DNA from: Lepidodermella squamata
Lineage: Eukaryota > Animalia > Gastrotricha
Assembly (NCBI GenBank): GCA_047495785.1
Contig: JBLDXI010000058.1
Coordinates: 372,001-436,000 of the forward strand
DNA length: 64,000 nt
Direction: 5' to 3'
A program made the position numbers and the translations under genes. The notes beneath the pieces are model-generated. The model was not told the DNA's origin and made no database searches. It was given only the letters and a program-made list of their open reading frames with translations. Below are positions 12,873 through 23,003 of the stretch, piece after piece (positions within the stretch are counted from its first letter, which is position 1; each line of letters starts with the position of its first letter).

Positions 12873-13745
12873 ATGTCCATCAACGAACTGAACCATGACG
12901 ATGTTGAAATGGAGGAAATAGACCTGAACCTAGCTCACTTTTTGCCGGACGACATTGGTAGCTTGTCTTCAGACTCATCTTCAACCGGTTTCATCAGATT
13001 GCCTCGTCCGAAGCTATCGAAAGTAGATCGAGCGAATGAGCTTATCCAACAACTTAACTCCAATGTTCAAGCCATACTCAATCGTCAAGACCAACTGCTC
13101 CGCATTATGCGATCTGTCGCTAATCGAATGAATTCAAACAATTTGGCTAATCTGAAACGCGAACTTCTACAAGCCGCAGATGAAGCTTTACTCGCGGACG
13201 ATTTAGTCGTGAAAATCCAACCATTTTCGACTGAGAATGAGGATATTAATATTAATGCAAAACGGAAATTCGTCAAATCGATGTGTGTTACACCAAAAGA
13301 AGTAACGACGGAAACTGAACTTTTCGAGTTTCTGCGATCTTCACGAGTTCAAGGAAATATCGCATTTTTCAGGCAACGTCAACAGTTACCTCAAGATGCC
13401 TCTCCAGAACAAATAATCGACGCTTTAAAAGAGGATGTAAAAGATCTTAAAATCACGTCAGCTATTACCCTCTTTCGATCTTATTACGTCGGTCGAAATC
13501 TGCTTTTTCTGAAACAAAAAATCAAGCGGGAAAGGCTTCGCATCAATTTTCACAAATATGTAAAAGAAAACTGTAATATTTCGAAATCTTGGACTAATAT
13601 GTTGATTGCTTTTTATTCCGCTTACAAACCTTACGCCAAACTAATGCTCTGCAATATCACATTTCTGAGTATGTATAGCTTACGCAAGCGAATTGTAAGT
13701 CTGATGAAAAATCAACCGGCTATTGAATGGTATAACAGCCTATAG
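12873..13745 (+). CDS. Polinton accessory hypothetical protein (coiled coil plus helical C-terminal domain)
   Basis: 290-aa open frame; C-terminal YYVGRNL...FHKYV...ISKSW weakly resembles DUF3102-type domains. Confidence 0.6.
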   Translation: MSINELNHDDVEMEEIDLNLAHFLPDDIGSLSSDSSSTGFIRLPRPKLSKVDRANELIQQLNSNVQAILNRQDQLLRIMRSVANRMNSNNLANLKRELLQAADEALLADDLVVKIQPFSTENEDININAKRKFVKSMCVTPKEVTTETELFEFLRSSRVQGNIAFFRQRQQLPQDASPEQIIDALKEDVKDLKITSAITLFRSYYVGRNLLFLKQKIKRERLRINFHKYVKENCNISKSWTNMLIAFYSAYKPYAKLMLCNITFLSMYSLRKRIVSLMKNQPAIEWYNSL

Positions 13746-13778
13746 AAAAAAGCCCTCAAAACAATTTCAATTAATAAA

Positions 13779-13993
13779 ACTATAAATAGAAACGGCTAAT
13801 GGCTTGGCCGTTTTAAATTATGGTTATGAATAATAATAATTTTTATGAATAAAACGACTATAAATAGAAACGGCTAATGGCTTAGTCGTTTTAAATTATG
13901 GTTATGAATAATAATAATTTTTATGAATAAAACGACTATAAATAGAAACGGCTAATGGCTTGGCCGTTTTAAATTGTGGTTACGAATAATAAT
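13779..13993. repeat. 78-bp tandem repeat (about 2.7 copies) with internal hairpin
   Basis: Units start at 13779, 13857 and 13935; each contains AAACGGCTAA-TGGC-TT(G/A)G(C/T)CGTTT. Confidence 0.9.
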
Positions 13994-14828
13994 GTGTTTT
14001 TAAATCATTATACGTACTACGGCCAATCCGAGTCGATAACACAGATAACGGCAACTCCGCAAAATGGATTTGAAGGGTTATTTTGGGTACACCCTAAAAT
14101 ATATAATATAATTATTAAATTATAAAAAACATTAGCATTAATTTCAAAATATAGAAAAAAAATGAATTATTTAGCATTATTATGAATCAATTTTTAAACA
14201 TTTAATCATAAAAATAAAAAATTATGAAAAATAAAAAAATGAGCTATAGCATGTAGTACTACCTATGACGAATTTTTAGATTGAAATAGAATATGAATTA
14301 TTAATAAAAAAATCATCACGGTTAAGTACAAAATAAGTACATAACATATTATTGAAAATAAAACTGAAATTATAAAATTAATAAATAAATAAAAAAATTT
14401 TGTTAAAAATTTAGAATAAATACTTATTACACAATTGAATTAAAATAATTTAAAATCCCTCAAATCAATTGAAAATAAATTTGAAAAAAATAAAAATATA
14501 AAAATTCATTACAAATATATTTTTTTAAAAATTAGAAAAACTGAAAATTGAAATTGAAAAAATAATGAAAAGAAATATAATTTTTTTAAATTTGGAAAAA
14601 TTAATAAATAAAAATTATAATTTGTCAAAAATAGAAAAATAGTAAATAAAAAATATGAAACATTTAAACTTTAAAAAATTAAAAATTCATTTCGGTTAAA
14701 TTTAAAACAATAAAAAATAAATAAAAATAATTAAAAAATAAAAAAATTGGTAAAATCGTAAAACATATAAATTTGATAAAATTTATAATTATTTTCGTAA
14801 ATGTTGTTGTGATTATCTAAGAATGAAG

Positions 14829-17800
14829 TTACACATCTAACGGATGGGTATGAATTCCATCTTCCATTATTACTCTTTTATCGTATATAGGGCTGATACC
14901 TTTTTTCTTCACACGATAGGTAACCATCTCATTGTTTATCATTCGGAAACCTATATTTGTACATTCATTATACATTTTCTTGTCAATAACAGCTTTGAAT
15001 GCTTCAAATGAGAGATTATCGTCGTTGAATGATTTTTTTTGAATTCCTTTACAAGCCAGCTTATTTTTTCCAGCAGAATCTTCAGAAATATACATTTTCG
15101 TTGTTGCTGCACACATTTTTTCACCCTCCCACTCTATTTTGAATAAACCAGGAGTTCTTTTGTCATAAGCTTTGAATTTTTCGTCAGTCCGAGGAAACCA
15201 GTTAAATTTATCTTTTTCAAATTCGTCTTTCAACTCAGGTTTAATCAATTTATGAAAGTCATCAGACATAGCCATATAGGCTGAATCAGTATCCATCGAA
15301 ATGTATTGATAATCACTCCTATCTATATATTTATCTATAAAATCGTAATAGAAACCAAGCATTCGAAGTTTACTGTCTTGGAATATAGAAGAAGCTATTT
15401 GAATCGGAGAATCCTGTTTGACAACACGGTTTTTCATAAAAACTTCGTAAATTCCTGTACCTCCATCAACATAAATTCCGTTTCTCTGACTTAAATCGAT
15501 ATAATTGCAATCAAAATAAAAGTAGCTATGTTTAAGACGAGTGAATTTTTCCTCAGTGACATATTTAACTTTTTTATGTTTATTTTTGTCCATAGCTGTG
15601 CGACCAAATGCGCTATTACCAACTAATTTCCACATTTCAGCGAAAATTGCTGATTTGGCATCTTTATCTCCCTGTCTCCGGCCGTCAGATACTTTTTCTA
15701 CAAATTCTTTGAAAATATTTCTTGGGGTAGCTTTAATATAACCATGAATTTTACTGATTTGACATCCATGATCTAACAAAAACTGTATCATTGTTGTTTT
15801 CAGCAGAATTTTCTCCGCTTTCAATGCTCCTACAAGCTTTTTAGTTGTCCTAAAACTTACACATTTTTTCCCTTCTTTTTCACCCAATTCTTTTAACAAA
15901 TTTTTAGTATAATCACCAGCTAAATCTTGACTGTAAGTAGCATTTTTGAAAATCGGAGTCATTTCACTGAAATAAGTGTAAAGGTGTTCAGGAACAAAAA
16001 TGTCAACTTCCGCTTCACCAAATAACTTACCATGTTTTATTTGTTCTAATATTTTGATCTCCTCACCATTATCTTCAATTGTTGTATACCGTAATACACC
16101 GCAAAGCATATTTTGATCTATGCAGTACAAATATAGGGCATTTGCATCAAATCCTACGATTTTCTTAACTTGTTTTGACTGTTCTTGATTTATGAACCAT
16201 TTTTTCTCATCTACATTATATTCGACTCTTTGAATGTTAGTTTTATTGGCTTCATGATATCTATGGAATACTATAGATGCGCCACCTGTAATATTTTGTT
16301 TTAATTTATAGAAAACCTCCTTATTTTTCTCATCGATTAAATGAATCATCGGATTTTTCTTAGAATATCTTTTTAGACATTCGGATCTATAGAATTGCTT
16401 GAAAAACATAGTTTTACGCCTGCGGTTACAATCTAAACAGCATAGCACGCAATTTTCTGCTGTATGACCCTGATGATTATCTATTCTATCGAATGTGTAT
16501 ATCAAATCATCAGCACAGCCGAAAGTTTTCTCTTTTGATGATTTTTCTATGAGCTGTTTGATTTCATTTGTAGATTTTGTTATTTGATTCAACCCTTTCC
16601 AACAATAAAAACAACTGAAATCTTTTTCCATCATTTCTTTCGCTTTTTGAATGGGAAAATCGTAGTGTCTATGATTATTATTGTCAGAATATTCATAACC
16701 TTTTAATTTATATTCTAGATGTTTCATATTAACCTCAACTTTTCTCTTGATTGGATTTTGTTCTTTTAAATAATTTTCCTCGAAGTCTGTATACATAACT
16801 GATATCAAAATTTTCATTGACAAACCAGATATAGAAATACTGTCTTTAAAAGGATCTAACTTGAATTGAGTATAAAAATCCTTGTAGTTTTCACACGCCT
16901 TTATAAATGGACGTACATCCAAATTGTTGTAATAAATTAATAGATCTTTTATGGTTACTAAATTTTGTTTATGGCATTCTGCAATAAATTCCTTAAATTT
17001 ATTTTCTGACAATTCTGATCCTTTCAATGAGGATTTGAAATCTTCCTTTTTCAAGCTTTTTATTTTATAATCTAATTTGTCATAATTATCTAACCATTCG
17101 TAAGGAAACATAAATTTACTCTCATCTGCTCCATAAGCTGCTATAAATTTACTCAATGGTGTTCCAGCAGCCAAATACATTGTCATATCAAGAAATTGAA
17201 AATTAGGCGTTTTTATTGTTTTAAATCGCTGTCCTTCCTTGATACACATTGGTGTATTATATCTTTCCAAGATTTGTTTCATAAATCCGTGATTTGTCAT
17301 CACACCCAAGTCATAAAAACCAGAATTAAATCCAAGAACAGGTACACAATCGCAATATTCATATACTTTACTCATGAATTTATCTCGCCTTAGTTGATTT
17401 TTGATATCATCATCCTTATCTGGCCATGACTTTTTCGCATAAGCTTTCATTTTATCTATAAGAGGTTTCAATTTTTGTCTCATTAATTTGCTAGCAACTT
17501 TGGTTGATTCATCTAAATACGAGAACAAAAATTCTGTGATTTCTTCAGGAATTTTAGAAACCAGACATTTAGTTTCCGTATATCCGGGAATGTTTGATCC
17601 TACACTAATTGAAACGGGAACATGAGCATGTGTAAATTTAGTATTGGATTCTGTTTCAATCTGCTTTTTAATTTGAATTACTTCTAAATCAAATCCAATC
17701 AAATAATCATAGTGGTAATCTACATTTACATCAAAAATATCTGCATGCTCTTCTATAACATTTCTCTGTTTTGGAATTACACACGGATAATATGGAAATT

Positions 17801-19565
17801 TGTCAGAAGCTTCATTTTTACATGTTGACATATGGCGGTTTAAATCATGATTATCCCGAAATTTTAAACTACAATTATTGCATATATATAATCCTCCAAG
17901 ACTATCTAAATTAGTTATGTAAGAAAAGTGGTCAATATAGAGATGAAGATAAATCGGTTTTCTGTTTTCATTATGTTTAGAATTTCTTAGTACAAAAATT
18001 TTACGTTCTGTTTCATCTTCCTCGCAAGTAACAATATTTATCGCAAATTTTGTATTGAATTCTTCATACTTGTCTAATTCTTTCAAAAACTGAAATCCTG
18101 TATAATTTTCTAGTTTCTTGTTAAGAGCATTTTTGTTTAATTTTTCTTCTGGGTAGTAAAACTGGTTAAATAATTCTTTAGCTTTATCTGTACACCTCTT
18201 GGATTTAGCTCCTTCAGCGATAGCAATGCATCTCCAAAAGCATAAATTATCGTCATAATTATCCAAACTAATTATATTTTTTGATGACTTGATAAAAGCC
18301 GGAAGATTTACATTGGAACCAATCGGGTTATCTAATCTAGTTATCTTGACTGCCATGCTATAAATTCCTCCAACAGTAAGATGGTTGCTTGACCGTTGCA
18401 GAGAAAATGGTAATTCTTTTAATTTCTCAACTGTTATTTTATTAGTAAAGTTTTCAATATCTTTTCTGTTTTTAATTATTTCATTATGGTCAAAGAAATA
18501 TATTTTAGAATTTTCTTTAGCTTTTTCCAAATCGAATGGGTGAAATAAAAATACTTGATTATTTGTTTTATTGAAGTTATAAGAATTTGCTAGTAATTGA
18601 TTTTTAGTTTCTAACTTGTCATCTTCGGTAACTTCTACTGTTTCTGTATCAAAAATTACGTATCCAAAACTTAATAAGATTCTAAATTGAGTTTTCATTT
18701 TCTCATACAATTCAATAAGATTTTTCCGAATATCCTCATAAGAAGTTATATTATTATAGTATATTGTTTCTGTTGAAGGGCTATTGACAACTGAATCGAT
18801 ATAACGCCCTCTTTTTTCTGAAATAAGTTTTTTAATATAATTTCCACCTACATATATTCCGTCAGCATTTATATTTATAACTCCACTATTATCAATTCGA
18901 TACCATTCGCCATTCTTTATAAATACAGGTACAAATTTATCATTTTTATAACTAAAATCATATGGCAAAAGTAATAAGTTATTAAACTTCTCAGAGTTTA
19001 TTTTAACTTCTCTTGCTGTAATTGGATTAATTACAAATCCATTTCTTGGTTTATTCACTTTTTGTAAAGATTTCTTATTTATATCGTAAATATAATCGCC
19101 AGAATTAATATAATTATTGAATTCTTCGTCAGCAATTTCAATTCCTCTTCCATTCATAGGCGAATGCACTTCGTTTTCGTTTAATTTTTTCTTTTTATAA
19201 AATTTATTTTCATTTTTATTATATACATACCCATTTTTCAGAACATTTTTGAATTCTTTCGAAGTCAGAGCAATAGTATTAGTAGATGTTGGTGACTGAA
19301 CTCCACGAGTAAGTTTATTACCAATTTTGTTATAAATATAATGTTCATTTTCAATCAAGTTTTTAAACACTGTTCCACCGATTTCAATATCTTCATAAGT
19401 AACAGGATGTTCTACGGTGTTAACAAATAATTCGCCGTCTTTATACCATCTACCGTTTCTATACGTATATCCGTCAGAGATGTATTTTTTATGACTTTTT
19501 CCATCTTTGACGATATAGTTACCTTTTGGAGAAATGATTTTTGAAGTGCTAATATTTTCTTTCAT
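14829..19565 (-). CDS. pPolB: Protein-primed family B DNA polymerase
   Basis: Exonuclease motifs FDLE, GFNSGFYD, YNNLDV; polymerase motifs DANALY, KLVGNSAFG, MDTDS; C2H2 finger and inserted HNH-like domain. Confidence 0.97.
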   Translation of the reverse strand: MKENISTSKIISPKGNYIVKDGKSHKKYISDGYTYRNGRWYKDGELFVNTVEHPVTYEDIEIGGTVFKNLIENEHYIYNKIGNKLTRGVQSPTSTNTIALTSKEFKNVLKNGYVYNKNENKFYKKKKLNENEVHSPMNGRGIEIADEEFNNYINSGDYIYDINKKSLQKVNKPRNGFVINPITAREVKINSEKFNNLLLLPYDFSYKNDKFVPVFIKNGEWYRIDNSGVININADGIYVGGNYIKKLISEKRGRYIDSVVNSPSTETIYYNNITSYEDIRKNLIELYEKMKTQFRILLSFGYVIFDTETVEVTEDDKLETKNQLLANSYNFNKTNNQVFLFHPFDLEKAKENSKIYFFDHNEIIKNRKDIENFTNKITVEKLKELPFSLQRSSNHLTVGGIYSMAVKITRLDNPIGSNVNLPAFIKSSKNIISLDNYDDNLCFWRCIAIAEGAKSKRCTDKAKELFNQFYYPEEKLNKNALNKKLENYTGFQFLKELDKYEEFNTKFAINIVTCEEDETERKIFVLRNSKHNENRKPIYLHLYIDHFSYITNLDSLGGLYICNNCSLKFRDNHDLNRHMSTCKNEASDKFPYYPCVIPKQRNVIEEHADIFDVNVDYHYDYLIGFDLEVIQIKKQIETESNTKFTHAHVPVSISVGSNIPGYTETKCLVSKIPEEITEFLFSYLDESTKVASKLMRQKLKPLIDKMKAYAKKSWPDKDDDIKNQLRRDKFMSKVYEYCDCVPVLGFNSGFYDLGVMTNHGFMKQILERYNTPMCIKEGQRFKTIKTPNFQFLDMTMYLAAGTPLSKFIAAYGADESKFMFPYEWLDNYDKLDYKIKSLKKEDFKSSLKGSELSENKFKEFIAECHKQNLVTIKDLLIYYNNLDVRPFIKACENYKDFYTQFKLDPFKDSISISGLSMKILISVMYTDFEENYLKEQNPIKRKVEVNMKHLEYKLKGYEYSDNNNHRHYDFPIQKAKEMMEKDFSCFYCWKGLNQITKSTNEIKQLIEKSSKEKTFGCADDLIYTFDRIDNHQGHTAENCVLCCLDCNRRRKTMFFKQFYRSECLKRYSKKNPMIHLIDEKNKEVFYKLKQNITGGASIVFHRYHEANKTNIQRVEYNVDEKKWFINQEQSKQVKKIVGFDANALYLYCIDQNMLCGVLRYTTIEDNGEEIKILEQIKHGKLFGEAEVDIFVPEHLYTYFSEMTPIFKNATYSQDLAGDYTKNLLKELGEKEGKKCVSFRTTKKLVGALKAEKILLKTTMIQFLLDHGCQISKIHGYIKATPRNIFKEFVEKVSDGRRQGDKDAKSAIFAEMWKLVGNSAFGRTAMDKNKHKKVKYVTEEKFTRLKHSYFYFDCNYIDLSQRNGIYVDGGTGIYEVFMKNRVVKQDSPIQIASSIFQDSKLRMLGFYYDFIDKYIDRSDYQYISMDTDSAYMAMSDDFHKLIKPELKDEFEKDKFNWFPRTDEKFKAYDKRTPGLFKIEWEGEKMCAATTKMYISEDSAGKNKLACKGIQKKSFNDDNLSFEAFKAVIDKKMYNECTNIGFRMINNEMVTYRVKKKGISPIYDKRVIMEDGIHTHPLDV

Positions 19566-19690
19566 TTTTATACTGTCATATATATTTTATATTCAAAACT
19601 TTTTAAGTGATTTTTCCGCGAATGGAAAAAAATGAAATAAAATTATTTAAAAAAATAATTTCTTATATACTTGTATAAAAGCAAATCCAA

Positions 19691-19882
19691 ATGGAGCAAG
19701 CATCTACTAACGAAATTAAAAAGTTGAAATGGACCAAATTCAGCACTGATGAAGAACGTATACAATCTAAAAAGGAAGCTGTCAGACGGGCTAAAAAGAA
19801 ATATTATGATAAAAATATGGAAATAATTAGGCAGTTCAGAAATTTACAATTACAAAATTCTGATCCAAGTATAAAAATCTAG
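19691..19882 (+). CDS. Small basic hypothetical protein
   Basis: 63-aa ORF with basic helix RRAKKKYYDKN, divergent from pPolB. Confidence 0.5.
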   Translation: MEQASTNEIKKLKWTKFSTDEERIQSKKEAVRRAKKKYYDKNMEIIRQFRNLQLQNSDPSIKI

Positions 19883-19947
19883 TAAAAATAATTTTCTAGA
19901 TATAATATAAGTGCTAATATTTTCTTTCAACAGGTTCACCATCTAAC

Positions 19948-19975
19948 CTGGATGAATTTATATAAGTTCATCCAG
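19948..19975. terminator. Hairpin between the convergent small ORF and integrase gene
   Basis: CTGGATGAA-TTTATATAAG-TTCATCCAG, 15 nt past the integrase stop. Confidence 0.4.
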
Positions 19976-19990
19976 TTTATTTTTCAGCTT

Positions 19991-22243
19991 TTACAAAACA
20001 TTTTCTTCCAATTCCCAATTTGGTTTTTCATATCCTGCAAATTTAACATAGCACCACTTCTTACCATCTTTAATCTTTCTTTTCAAAATCTTTTCAACTC
20101 TCCATATATTTTCATCCAGCTGTTTTGATTTCTGCAATTCCTGTTCATAAAAAGATCCAGAAATATGTTCTCCTGCTAAATCTATAAGTTTATATGTAGT
20201 TGGTTCATGTGTGACATTTACATCAATAACTTTATACAATTCTTCACTCCAGTTAGGATAATAACCTTTATCAAATATTCCTTTCCATCTTGATATTCTT
20301 ACAACATCTCCAATTTTGAATTTTGGTTTTGAAATAACAGATGAAAGTGAATTCAGAGTTTCATCTACTTTTTCTTTATTTTCTGGTTTACTTGCTTCAA
20401 TAGGAGTCATCTTTATTGATGAATGATAAGAATTATTATAATCATTCATTAGAACAGGTAAAATAGGTAACCAGCGGTTGGTATTTAGTTCAGTAAATTT
20501 CTTCCACATTTTAGTTTTCAATGTTCTGTTGAATCTTTCAATTACAGGATTATGAAAAGCTTCAGATGTGTGATATAAAATAATATTATTACTGTCAAGA
20601 TATTTTTTGAATTTACCTTTCCATTCGCTTCCCATATCAGCCCAAATTTTCTTTGGTTTCCTAGAAATAGTTTTATACGCTTCCAAAACTGTTTCAGGCT
20701 CTTTATTTTTTATTGGTAAAGCCCATGCAAATTTAGAAAACAAATCAATACATGTTAACATATATTTATAACCTTGATTACTTTTGCTTAATGATTGCAT
20801 ATCTACAAGATCTATACCGTGAATCTCGTCAATTTTTCTAACAATCACTTTTCTTCTTGGAAAACTTTTTCTTACTTGTTTATGAAGTTCATCTGCAAGA
20901 AATGTGAAATTATTTGTTTTAACGGGGTGTGGGCTTTTTTCCATGTCGGTTTTAGAAGTGATTTGAGAAGATTTATTTTTACCATGGGTATTTACATTGG
21001 TGATAGATTTTAAATTTTCTTTATTTTCTTTATTTTCTTGTAATAATGATTTCAAATTGTTAATTTCAGTTTTAACGGGGTATGGGCTTTTTTCCCGAAC
21101 AGTTTTGGAAGGGATTTGAGAAGATTTATTTTTACCATGGGTATTTACATTGCTGTTAGATTTTGAATTTTCTTTATTTTCTTTATTTTCTTGTAATAAT
21201 GATTTTAAATTGCTAATTTCTGTTTTAACGGGGTGTGGGCTTTCTTCCCGATCAGTTTTGGAAGGGATTTGAGAAGATTTATTTTTACCGCGGGTATTTA
21301 CATTACTCATAGATTTTGAATTTTCTTGATTTCTTTCATTTTCTTGTAATAATGATTTTAAATTGTTAATTTCTGTTTTAACGGGGTGTGGGCTTATTTC
21401 CATGTCGGTTTTAGAAGTGATTTGAGATGATTTATTTTTACCATGGGTATTTACATTACTCATAGATTTTGAAATATTTTCATTTTCATCAGATTCTCGT
21501 TCCAAGATATTATTATCCGTTTTAACGGGGTGTGGGCTTATTTCCATATCAGTTTTAGAAGTGGTTTTAAGAGATTTATTTTTCTTCTGATTATAAGTAT
21601 TGGTTTTGCTAATTTTTCCAGTTTTGTTAACACTCTCATCTGGAGTGAAATTTTCAGTTATTTTGGGGTGTGGGCTTTTTTCCCGATCGGTTATTTTATT
21701 CTTATTATTTTTATCTGTATTTAATTTTTTATTGTCACTATAATTTATATTTTTTCTTTCGCGCAATGAATAACCTTTCCCACTAAATTTGTCTAATGTA
21801 CCATTTTCTTTGAATATATTGTATACAAATGCAGCCATCATTTTTTCTCCACTATTCTTATTTGGATCTTGAGCAATTTTTAAAGCTCTTTCTGCAAGAA
21901 TTCTATCAGATACATTTCTTGTTCCTCTATCTTTGTAAAAATGGTAAGCCGCATCGTGTTCCATAGCTGCTTTATCTAATTCGTTAATTCCTTTGTAACC
22001 TTCTTTCATTCTTTGAATAAATTTCGTTCCTGGTCCAGCAAATGAATATTTTCCTGAATTATTGAAACTTCCATTCTGTACGTATTCTCCTGGACCAAAC
22101 GAAGGCAAATGCAACTCCATTGGTAAATTATTTATTATTCCATCGAAAATTCCCCTATTCGGGGAGTTTAATTCATCTCTTTCAGAGATGCCGAAAATTC
22201 CCCTACCGGAATTTACTCCATCACTTTTAGTGCTGGCGAACAT
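19991..22243 (-). CDS. Fusion: parvoviral-type PLA2 + repeat linker + DDE integrase + chromodomain
   Basis: FAGPGT...INELDKAAMEHDAAY (PLA2); IDLVD/WADMGSE/IERFNRTLK (DDE); VEKILKRK...YVKFAGY..PNW (chromodomain). Confidence 0.95.
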   Translation of the reverse strand: MFASTKSDGVNSGRGIFGISERDELNSPNRGIFDGIINNLPMELHLPSFGPGEYVQNGSFNNSGKYSFAGPGTKFIQRMKEGYKGINELDKAAMEHDAAYHFYKDRGTRNVSDRILAERALKIAQDPNKNSGEKMMAAFVYNIFKENGTLDKFSGKGYSLRERKNINYSDNKKLNTDKNNKNKITDREKSPHPKITENFTPDESVNKTGKISKTNTYNQKKNKSLKTTSKTDMEISPHPVKTDNNILERESDENENISKSMSNVNTHGKNKSSQITSKTDMEISPHPVKTEINNLKSLLQENERNQENSKSMSNVNTRGKNKSSQIPSKTDREESPHPVKTEISNLKSLLQENKENKENSKSNSNVNTHGKNKSSQIPSKTVREKSPYPVKTEINNLKSLLQENKENKENLKSITNVNTHGKNKSSQITSKTDMEKSPHPVKTNNFTFLADELHKQVRKSFPRRKVIVRKIDEIHGIDLVDMQSLSKSNQGYKYMLTCIDLFSKFAWALPIKNKEPETVLEAYKTISRKPKKIWADMGSEWKGKFKKYLDSNNIILYHTSEAFHNPVIERFNRTLKTKMWKKFTELNTNRWLPILPVLMNDYNNSYHSSIKMTPIEASKPENKEKVDETLNSLSSVISKPKFKIGDVVRISRWKGIFDKGYYPNWSEELYKVIDVNVTHEPTTYKLIDLAGEHISGSFYEQELQKSKQLDENIWRVEKILKRKIKDGKKWCYVKFAGYEKPNWELEENVL
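20921..21690. repeat. 153-bp (51-aa) coding tandem repeat in the integrase linker
   Basis: Anchor AACGGGGT(G/A)TGGGCT at 20921, 21074, 21227, 21380 and 21524. Confidence 0.9.
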
Positions 22244-22282
22244 TTTTGATAATAAGCTAGAAATTTTCTAACTTAGTAATAA
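22244..22282. promoter_or_regulatory. Putative bidirectional late promoter (back-to-back TCTA motifs)
   Basis: CTAGAAATTTTCTAA places TCTAG 13 nt before the integrase ATG and TCTAA 11 nt before the ATPase ATG. Confidence 0.6.
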
Positions 22283-22981
22283 ATGATAAATTTTGATCAC
22301 ATAGTTTCCAAAACAAATAATAATTATTTGAATCCAAGTCCATTTTATCCTAAACATCCAGCAAGAATATTAATTATAGGTCCTAGTAATTCTGGTAAGA
22401 CTAATGACCTTCTGAATATCATTCATAATTCTGTATATCATAAAATATTTATTTATTCGAAAACACTTGATGAAGACAAATATCAATTTCTTATAAATGT
22501 TCAAAGACAAAAAGAAGATGAATTAAAAAAGAAAGATATTAATGAAAGTTTGATACATTTTAGTACCGATATTAAAGATGTTATTCAATTGGAAGATTTA
22601 GATAAAAATTACCAACATCTTTACATATTCGATGATGTATGTTTAGCTGAAAAGAAAGTTCAAGAAAGATATATTGGTGATTTATATATAAGAAGCAGAA
22701 AATATAATTGCTCAGTTGTATATTTATCTCAATCTTATTTTAAAACGCCTAAAATAATTAGAGACAATGCGCAGTTCGTTGTATTGAAGCGTCTTAATGA
22801 TAATAGAGAGATTAAAACAATTCATAGTATTTATGCTTCTGAAATTAAGCGAGATGAATTCTTAAAAAAGTATGAAGAAAGCACGAAAACTTATAATCAG
22901 CATGGAAGTTTTATTATTGATTGTAATGCAAAATACAAATGTCTTAAATTAAGAGCTAATTATTCTGGACTGTTTTATTAA
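22283..22981 (+). CDS. A32/FtsK-like genome packaging ATPase
   Basis: Walker A GPSNSGKT, Walker B YIFDD, RSRK...YLSQSYF..PKIIRDN. Confidence 0.93.
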   Translation: MINFDHIVSKTNNNYLNPSPFYPKHPARILIIGPSNSGKTNDLLNIIHNSVYHKIFIYSKTLDEDKYQFLINVQRQKEDELKKKDINESLIHFSTDIKDVIQLEDLDKNYQHLYIFDDVCLAEKKVQERYIGDLYIRSRKYNCSVVYLSQSYFKTPKIIRDNAQFVVLKRLNDNREIKTIHSIYASEIKRDEFLKKYEESTKTYNQHGSFIIDCNAKYKCLKLRANYSGLFY

Positions 22982-23003
22982 CATTTCTAGTTACTATGTA
23001 AAA

